Part shown: in pieces, positions 9,224 to 15,499 of the stretch
How the letters are laid out: every line of letters starts with the position of its first letter
How positions within the stretch are numbered: the first letter of the stretch is position 1
NCBI GenBank assembly: GCA_028712355.1
Contig: JAQTQH010000003.1
Coordinates: 2,117 to 66,116, forward strand
Direction of reading: 5' to 3'
DNA from: Dehalococcoidales bacterium
GTDB taxonomy: Bacteria; Chloroflexota; Dehalococcoidia; Dehalococcoidales; RBG-16-60-22
Length of the DNA: 64,000 nucleotides
The notes under the pieces: model-generated
What the model saw: only the letters and a program-made list of their open reading frames with translations
Database searches by the model: none
Told to the model about the DNA's origin: nothing
Position numbers and translations under genes: made by a program

Positions 9224-10966
9224 TTGGGGGACGTAGTAATAGGCGCTTATTATTATTTTTACCATTCCGCGATGATAATATCGCTCTTGGTATGCTCGTC
9301 AACAATAGTACTAACGTGGCCGCGCCGTCATGTTCCGGGAGCAGCTGCAATGTTAGCGTTGGCTGCTGCCACGTTCATCTGGACCCTGGGTTTTTATCTT
9401 GAGGCTAATAGCTACACCCTTGAGGGGCAGTTGTTTTTCAACAACATCGGCTACGTTGGGTCTATGAGTGTTTCGGTAGCATGGTTGGTCTTTTCTCTTA
9501 ATTACACAAGTGATTACTCATGGATGACTGGACGTAAATTAATCCTCCTTTGCGTTGTCCCGCTGACATCCTTAATATTGGTCTGGACTAACGAATGGCA
9601 TCATCTCATGTGGTATGATGCGCATCTGGCCACAACCGGATCTTTTACGGTGACAGTAAAGACCTATGGGATATTCTTCTGGATAGCGCTAGCCTATAAT
9701 TACACCCTCATTGTTACCGGGGTTTTCATACTCATACGGAGATTATTTGTCGGAATACCTCTGTATACGAGGCAAGGTATTTCACTGGTAGTAGCCATTA
9801 GTTTGCCACTGATATGGAATATCATATTCGTATTCGACTTGTTGCCCTTGCCGAGAAAAGATTTGACTCCGGTAACGTTTGCGATTTCAGGATTGATAAT
9901 CATTATTGGTGTGATGCGTTTGCAGTTATTCAGGGCGATACCATTTGTCCGGGAATTAATCGTTCAGCAAGTGTCCTCCGGAGTGCTGGCTTTCAACAAT
10001 GATGGCCGTTTGCTGGAAGCAAACCAGGCTGCGTTAAGGATATTTGGAGAAAGCAAGGGCATTATTGGCAAACCGTTAGAACAGCTACTCTCCTTATCCC
10101 CGGTGCTGAAAAATCTGCGCTCAAACGTGGAAGGTGGTACTGTGCAGCTACCGCTGGCGACATCAGGAGAGGAACGTTTATACGAAATGGAGACGACGCC
10201 AATGCGAGATAGGCATGACCGGCAACTGGGATGGCTGGTCATTTTACGGGACATCACCGAAGTGAAAAGAATGCAGGAACAACTCGTAGCTCAAGACCGT
10301 CTGGCTTCTATTGGGGAGTTTACCGCCGGGATCGCCCATGAGCTTAATAACCCTCTCAGCAACATCATCGGCTTCTCAGAACTTCTGCGTAAACGTGAAG
10401 TCTCTTCTGACATTAAGGCTGACCTGGATATCGTTAGTAAAGAGGCAGAGCGGGCAGCCAGGATAGCAGACAACCTCCTTATCTTTTCACGGAACGAACA
10501 GGGCGATAAATTACCCATTGATGTCAACAAAATCCTGCGGAAGACGCTGGAATTGCGCGCCTACGAACAGAAAACAAACAATGTCCAGACAATCTTTCGT
10601 TTATCTAATGACCTGCCTGAAGTAATTGGGGACGCTATCCAGCTACAGCAGGTATTTCTCAATATTATTGTTAATGCCGAATTCTTTATGATTGAGGCGC
10701 ACGGGAAGGGCACGCTAACTATCGTGACTGAGCAAGCGGATGAACATGTCAAGATTATCTTTAAGGACGACGGCCCCGGGATTCCTCAAGAGAACATATC
10801 ACGTCTTTTTAACCCATTTTTCACGACAAAGGAAGTGGGGAAGGGGACGGGGCTCGGCTTAAGCATCTGTTATGGGATAGTAACCGGACATGGCGGTAGA
10901 ATATGGGCTGACAGTAAACCCGGGGAAGGCGCCACTTTTATTGTGGAATTACCCATTAATAAATAA
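9224..10966 (+). CDS. sensor histidine kinase (N-terminal multi-TM sensor, PAS, HisKA, HATPase_c)
   Basis: H-box IAHELNNPLSNIIG, N-box QQVFLNIIVNAEFF, G1 DDGPGI, G2 GKGTGLGLSI. About 7 hydrophobic helices in the first 230 aa. TTG start at 9224; alternative ATG at 9272. Confidence 0.9.
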   Translation: MGDVVIGAYYYFYHSAMIISLLVCSSTIVLTWPRRHVPGAAAMLALAAATFIWTLGFYLEANSYTLEGQLFFNNIGYVGSMSVSVAWLVFSLNYTSDYSWMTGRKLILLCVVPLTSLILVWTNEWHHLMWYDAHLATTGSFTVTVKTYGIFFWIALAYNYTLIVTGVFILIRRLFVGIPLYTRQGISLVVAISLPLIWNIIFVFDLLPLPRKDLTPVTFAISGLIIIIGVMRLQLFRAIPFVRELIVQQVSSGVLAFNNDGRLLEANQAALRIFGESKGIIGKPLEQLLSLSPVLKNLRSNVEGGTVQLPLATSGEERLYEMETTPMRDRHDRQLGWLVILRDITEVKRMQEQLVAQDRLASIGEFTAGIAHELNNPLSNIIGFSELLRKREVSSDIKADLDIVSKEAERAARIADNLLIFSRNEQGDKLPIDVNKILRKTLELRAYEQKTNNVQTIFRLSNDLPEVIGDAIQLQQVFLNIIVNAEFFMIEAHGKGTLTIVTEQADEHVKIIFKDDGPGIPQENISRLFNPFFTTKEVGKGTGLGLSICYGIVTGHGGRIWADSKPGEGATFIVELPINK

Positions 10967-11041
10967 TCATTTGCAGAGAGATTAAAATAGTGACCAAATA
11001 TTATTACACACAAGCCAAAGTGAAGAGCAGGAGGGTGACAA

Positions 11042-11440
11042 GTGGACCTGAATCAAACGATATTGGTTGTTGACGATGAGCAATTCACTTTACAATTACT
11101 TAAAAGGATATTGGAAGGGGATAATTATAAAGTACTAACTGCAACCAGCGGAGACGAAGCGCTCAAGATACTATCCTCCAGTGAGGTACATATGGTTTTG
11201 CTGGATATAAGGATGCCTGGAATGAATGGCTATGAGACTCTTGAGCGTATCCGGGAAAAATGGAACATTCCTGTAATAATGGCTACTGCTGTAGGTGAAG
11301 TATCATCTTCAGTTAAATCTCTTACACTGGGCGCAGATGACTATATTAGAAAACCGTTCAGCCAGCAAATCTTGTTATCTCGTGTGAGAGCGAAGTTACG
11401 CCGGGCTGGCTCTTATAATAATCAAAATGAACTGAATTAG
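11042..11440 (+). CDS. stand-alone response-regulator receiver (CheY-like)
   Basis: LVVDDE, phospho-acceptor context VLLDIRMPGMNG, and KPF near the C-terminus. No output domain. GTG start. Confidence 0.9.
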   Translation: MDLNQTILVVDDEQFTLQLLKRILEGDNYKVLTATSGDEALKILSSSEVHMVLLDIRMPGMNGYETLERIREKWNIPVIMATAVGEVSSSVKSLTLGADDYIRKPFSQQILLSRVRAKLRRAGSYNNQNELN

Positions 11441-11496
11441 TCATTGCTGATATAGAAGGGCTCCGTTATGGAACCTGCTAGCCTTATCTGTATTCC

Positions 11497-11695
11497 ATGC
11501 CTGGTTGGGCGAAATATAAAGCACAAAACAACGTTAAGTCAAAAGCTCATACCCGATGGCTAGGCTCTGCGTTTAAACTTTCTCGATACCTATAGCCACG
11601 TAGCCCCAGGACTTCAAGAAGCTGCTGCTAATCGTTTTGACGATGTTCTTAGCAACAAATCTAAAATGGACAATGCCACAACCATGCATAAGTGA
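11497..11695 (+). pseudogene. 3-prime remnant of a tyrosine recombinase (phage-type integrase) gene
   Basis: Frame 11564..11695 reads ALRLNFLDTYSHVAPGLQEAAANRFDDVLSNKSKMDNATTMHK-stop, the C-terminal catalytic-Tyr box. A shifted frame (11497..11595) reads ...NVKSKAHTRWLGSAFKL, like the preceding LGHS segment. No upstream body of the gene exists. Confidence 0.55.
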
Positions 11696-11751
11696 CACAC
11701 CTGTGCTATAATTGCGAAAAAATAATCTATGGCTAATCAAGGAGGCCAACA

Positions 11752-12282
11752 ATGATTTATTGGGATTCTGGTGATGAGCGTGACTCTAAGCGTTCTCTTG
11801 GAATTAGAGACAAACAAATCCTATATCGTAATGCTAAGGGAAGATGCCAGAATCCTGGCTGCGGTAAGAAGATAGACTTCGATGAGATGGAAATCGGCCA
11901 CAAGACAGCTTGGTCAAGGGGAGGTATCACTACATTCAGAAACAGCGTCTGCCTGTGTCATAGGTGCAACAAGCTCCAAGGAACCGACAGCTGGGCTGTC
12001 TTTATGAAAAAGCAGAATATTAAAGACCCGAAGACCGAGTTAAAGGAGTCTCTGAAAAACCTCACTCTCCAGGAACTCAAGCTCCTTGCTGCAAAGCATA
12101 AAGTCAGAGTTGCGGGATACGTGGAAGAAGACTTGTTCTCCTCTCGAAGAGTAGCCCCGACCAAATCGCAGTATATCACCAAATTATCTAAGGTCGTGAC
12201 TGATTCAGATTTGCGTTCTCGCCCTAAACCACCGCCAAAGCCGAAGAGAAGAGCACGAAGAAAATCAGACAGTTGGTGGTAA
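11752..12282 (+). CDS. HNH endonuclease with SAP/HeH-like segment and basic C-terminal tail
   Basis: CQNPGCGKKIDFDEMEIGHKTAWSRGG...CLCHRCNKLQG. LTLQELKLLAAKHKVRV is SAP-like. Tail is PKPPPKPKRRARRK. AAGGAGG lies 6 nt upstream of the ATG. Confidence 0.85.
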   Translation: MIYWDSGDERDSKRSLGIRDKQILYRNAKGRCQNPGCGKKIDFDEMEIGHKTAWSRGGITTFRNSVCLCHRCNKLQGTDSWAVFMKKQNIKDPKTELKESLKNLTLQELKLLAAKHKVRVAGYVEEDLFSSRRVAPTKSQYITKLSKVVTDSDLRSRPKPPPKPKRRARRKSDSWW

Positions 12283-12293
12283 CCACTATCAGT

Positions 12294-12313
12294 TGTTAGC
12301 AATTTGTTAGCAG
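12294..12313 (+). repeat. right copy of 20-bp direct repeat TGTTAGCAATTTGTTAGCAG
   Basis: 19/20 identical to 8837..8856. Lies 58 nt from the 3-prime end of tRNA-Arg. Internally it is TGTTAGCA-N3-TGTTAGCA. Confidence 0.6.
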
Positions 12314-12318
12314 AATAG

Positions 12319-12358
12319 AAAAAGCCCCTGATTCGGTTATCCTTTTCGGGGGCTTTTT
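12319..12358 (+). terminator. rho-independent terminator after the HNH gene
   Basis: AAAAAGCCCC, 19-nt loop, GGGGCTTTTT. Confidence 0.5.
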
Positions 12359-12370
12359 AGCTTCAAAAAG

Positions 12371-12446
12371 TGGCGCGCCTGGGGGGATTCGAACCCACGA
12401 CCCTCGGTTCCGAAGACCGATGCTCTATCCACTGAGCTACAGGCGC
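12371..12446 (-). tRNA. tRNA-Arg (anticodon UCG)
   Basis: Hand-folded cloverleaf: acceptor GCGCCUG/CAGGCGC, D arm GCUC-AGUGGAUA-GAGC, anticodon arm UCGGU-CUUCGGA-ACCGA, T loop UUCGAAU, encoded CCA. Confidence 0.85.
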
Positions 12447-12534
12447 ACAAGCTCAATTATAGACGATAATACGGAAATTTGCACTGCACTTTTCACCCTC
12501 ATGTGGTATCATGTTTCCCTAAGGAGGTGCGCCC

Positions 12535-12846
12535 ATGTTCAAAGTCGTCTCCATCTGGAACCTGCGCCCCGGCGTGAGCATCGAGGAAGCGGAAAAGCAG
12601 TACTACGAAGAGCATATCCCCCTGGCACAGAAAATCCCCGGCTTGCGCAAATACACCATCGGTAAAGGCAGGGGTAAAGACCGCCCGTACTACCGCATTG
12701 CGGAGCTCTACTTCGCTGATAAGGACGCCATGAACGCCGGCTTCGCTTCTCCGCAAGGCAAGGCGGTCATCGCCGACCACGGCTTCGTCTCGCGCATCGC
12801 GGACAGAATCGTCATGTACTTCGATGAAGAGGAGGTCAAACTATAA
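12535..12846 (+). CDS. EthD-family protein
   Basis: 103 aa. MFKVVSIWNLRPGVSIEEAEKQYYEEHIPLAQKIPGLRKYTIGK... matches the EthD/TIGR02118 pattern. Confidence 0.75.
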   Translation: MFKVVSIWNLRPGVSIEEAEKQYYEEHIPLAQKIPGLRKYTIGKGRGKDRPYYRIAELYFADKDAMNAGFASPQGKAVIADHGFVSRIADRIVMYFDEEEVKL

Positions 12847-13280
12847 TGGCAGAAGATAAGATGGTAAAGGCCTGGCAGAAATTTCAGGACATCACCGGCT
12901 ATACCGATGAAGAGATGGCGATTTTCAAGGCGAATCCCCGTTTCATGAAAATGATGGCGACTCCTGCCTTCCGCACGCATAAAATTATCGTCGATGTGGT
13001 CGAATCGCACGGATGCATCTGTCAGCACAAGGTAGGGCAGCGCATCGTCATCAGCGGCAACGGCGCCCTCGTCAGCGCGGAGTGCCCGCCCATCATGTGC
13101 CTCGGGCTGGTCAACCAGCTCTACCCGGTTGCGGTAGCGGTCTTCGAACGCTTCGCCGCCGACCTTGACCCGAACGGTTTGCTGTTCGATTCTATCGGCT
13201 GCTCGGATGTGGGCGTCAAGTGCGGGGGATGGGGACGCGTGCTCGTGAAAATACACGTCGAGGGACCGGAGAAGAAATAG
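12846..13280 (+). CDS. TIGR04076-like Cys-rich protein
   Basis: ATG overlaps the preceding stop (TAATG). Cys pattern HGCICQHKVGQ...ECPPIMC...IGCSDVGVKCGGWG resembles TIGR04076. Confidence 0.5.
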   Translation: MAEDKMVKAWQKFQDITGYTDEEMAIFKANPRFMKMMATPAFRTHKIIVDVVESHGCICQHKVGQRIVISGNGALVSAECPPIMCLGLVNQLYPVAVAVFERFAADLDPNGLLFDSIGCSDVGVKCGGWGRVLVKIHVEGPEKK

Positions 13281-13283
13281 GGA

Positions 13284-13362
13284 TGGGGTGAGTGGTGGGA
13301 TTTGAACCCACGCTCTCCAGGGCCACAACCTGGCGCCTTAGACCGGCTGGGCTACACTCACC
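13284..13362 (-). tRNA. tRNA-His (anticodon GUG)
   Basis: Hand-folded: encoded G-1, acceptor GUGAGUG/CACUCAC, discriminator C, anticodon arm CCAGG-UUGUGGC-CCUGG, T arm GUGGG-UUCAAAU-CCCAC, CCA. Confidence 0.8.
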
Positions 13363-13456
13363 GCGAACCTAGTCATTATACCTTGAAAAGCGGGCGTGTT
13401 TCAATTGAACTAATGTCAACGCGAGCGTAGCGCGGCAATCTCCTCTAAATTCATTT

Positions 13457-13531
13457 GTCACTCCCGCGCAGGCGGGAATCCAGCAGGGGAAGAGGGACAT
13501 TCTGGATTCTCGGGTCGAGTCTGAGAATGAC
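13457..13531. repeat. palindromic intergenic repeat, type B (GTCAYTCCCGCG.AGGCGGGAATCCAG...CTGGATTCTCGGGTC.AG.C.GAGAATGAC)
   Basis: Near-copy of 46735..46800. Internal hairpins TCCCGC/GCGGGA and GGAATCCAG/CTGGATTC. Termini GTCA..TGAC. Confidence 0.65.
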
Positions 13532-13574
13532 ACTGATTATTTACGATTGTTCTTCGCAATAACAGAGGCAGGTT

Positions 13575-13856
13575 TTACTTCTCGGAAAGTTCGACGATGG
13601 TGACGCCGGCGCTGCCTTCCCCGGGGATGCCCGCGCGGTAAGACTTGACCAGCGGATGTGTCGCGAGATAGCGCCAGACCAGGTTACGGATGGTGCCGGT
13701 GCCCTTGCCGTGGACAACCTTGACCTGGTAAAAGCCCGCCACGAAAGAATCATGCAGGAACCGCTCGAGCAGCGGCAATGCTTCGTCCTGGGTCAGGTGG
13801 CGCAGCCGCAGTTCGTTCGCCGCCGGCGGAGATTCGGATTCGATTTTTTTGACCAT
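13575..13856 (-). CDS. Smr-domain protein
   Basis: LRLRHLTQDEALPLLERFL...VKVVHGKGTGTIRNLVWRYL is the Smr (MutS2 C-terminal type) signature. Confidence 0.8.
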   Translation of the reverse strand: MVKKIESESPPAANELRLRHLTQDEALPLLERFLHDSFVAGFYQVKVVHGKGTGTIRNLVWRYLATHPLVKSYRAGIPGEGSAGVTIVELSEK

Positions 13857-13895
13857 TCATCTTACTATAAGACAAACAGCGGCGACGGTGCAATG

Positions 13896-14891
13896 CTAAG
13901 CTTGGGTGTTGGACCTTCTGTTAATGCCCATCAGGGTATTGACCACCCTCGGGTCGAACTGGGAGCCGGCACAACGTTGCATTTCGGCGCAGGCTTCCGG
14001 CAGGGACATCGCGGTGCGGTATGGGCGGTCGGAAGTCATAGCATTGAAAGCATCCGCGGCAGAGACAATGCGGGCACCAAGCGGGATATCTTCCTTAGCG
14101 ATGAGCTGGTTGAACCCGCCGCCGTCATAATGGTCATGGTGGTGCGAGATGATAGAGACCACGCTATTGTTGACCAGCGGCTGCACCAGGTTGGGCCCGA
14201 CGATGGCGTGGGTCATGATGTGGCGATATTCCTCGGGAGTCAACTCTCCCGGCTTGTTCAGGATACGCGGGTCGATGGCAATCTTGCCGACGTCGTGGAG
14301 CAGGGCGCCCCAGTAGAGGTCTTCGAGTTCTTCCGGAGCTAGGTTCAGCCTCTGCCCGATGGCGAGAGAAAGCTCGGTCACATCCTGCGAATGTCCCGCT
14401 GTGTATTTATCGTTGGCTTCCAGGTTATTGACCAGGGTGCGGATGGTCTCAAGAAAGAAACCTCTCAAACCCGGTCTTTCATTCTTCAAGTACTCGCGTA
14501 TTTGCAGTTCCAGTTGCCGCTTTTCCAGGGCGAGGGTCACACTCAGCAGGACGTCTTCCAAAGTAAACGGTTTGCGGATATAGTCCTGTGCTCCGTCTTT
14601 GATACACTGGGCGATAACGCGGGTATCGGTCACGCCGCTCGCCATGACTACGGAGGTCTCGGGGAAGTGGGACTGAATCTCAGGCAGAAGTTCATTGCCG
14701 TGCTTACCGGGCATCTCGATATCCAGCACGACGAGGTCGGTGGAGCAGGCGGTGAGTTTGCCTACCGCCTGCTCGGCATTTTCCGCCTCATCGCACTGAT
14801 AGCCGACTTTGGACAGCTTGCGGTTGAGCACCCAGCGAATGGTATCTTCGTCATCAACGATCAATATTTTTCCCGGTACAGACATCGGCAT
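13896..14891 (-). CDS. response regulator with HD-GYP-type phosphohydrolase output
   Basis: Receiver (ILIVDDE, VVLDIEMPGKHG, KPF), then HD domain (HSQDV, LLHDVGKIAI, HHHDHYDGGGF). Confidence 0.9.
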   Translation of the reverse strand: MPMSVPGKILIVDDEDTIRWVLNRKLSKVGYQCDEAENAEQAVGKLTACSTDLVVLDIEMPGKHGNELLPEIQSHFPETSVVMASGVTDTRVIAQCIKDGAQDYIRKPFTLEDVLLSVTLALEKRQLELQIREYLKNERPGLRGFFLETIRTLVNNLEANDKYTAGHSQDVTELSLAIGQRLNLAPEELEDLYWGALLHDVGKIAIDPRILNKPGELTPEEYRHIMTHAIVGPNLVQPLVNNSVVSIISHHHDHYDGGGFNQLIAKEDIPLGARIVSAADAFNAMTSDRPYRTAMSLPEACAEMQRCAGSQFDPRVVNTLMGINRRSNTQA

Positions 14892-14910
14892 CCTCCGTGA
14901 TATATTGTTA

Positions 14911-15258
14911 TTAGAATAATACCGTCAATAATTCCTTAATATTCCAGCCTATTACCAGGGAAAGCAGGGCAATGGCGGGTACGAGCAGCTTGCCGGGGAC
15001 CATAAGTGTGATAACCAGCGGGATAACCAGCTTAAAGAGCAAAAGTTCCCGCGGGGTGTTAATCAGGTTCGCTATGACGGGATTCAATTCGCTGAAACCG
15101 GCGGATACCGCCAGCAGGGTCAGGAGCAGGTCAGCCTGCTGCAGAAAGAGATAGCTGACTTTCAACGGTATGTCCTGGGCAGTGTTGTAATGCACCAGCT
15201 TGAGATAATCGATGTTCAACTTGACCCCTTGTCTCTTTATGAATTCTGGACTCAGCAT
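14911..15258 (-). CDS. DUF5658-like small membrane protein
   Basis: 115 aa, 3-4 TM helices, LLTLLAVSAGFSELNPV motif. Confidence 0.55.
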   Translation of the reverse strand: MLSPEFIKRQGVKLNIDYLKLVHYNTAQDIPLKVSYLFLQQADLLLTLLAVSAGFSELNPVIANLINTPRELLLFKLVIPLVITLMVPGKLLVPAIALLSLVIGWNIKELLTVLF

Positions 15259-15499
15259 AAGACGTAGGCGGCAAACGGAACATAAACATAACCTTAATTG
15301 ATGTAAATAAGCGATAAATATTGTTTTGCTCCTGGCGGCGTTCTGTGGAGTGACGGCCTGATTTGTTATCTTTGCTTCTCTTGCATTATAATTGTCTTTG
15401 GTAAAAACTTCATCAATATTTTCAAGCGATTTTTAATTCCACCTTCAACGGCATGCGGGTCGGAAAGCACGTGCCATGTTGAAAAAAGGAGAGTTTGAT

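Noticed and set aside
12708-13328. 206-aa minus-strand ORF.
   Set aside because: It overlaps tRNA-His and runs antisense to the EthD and TIGR04076-like genes. It has no motifs.
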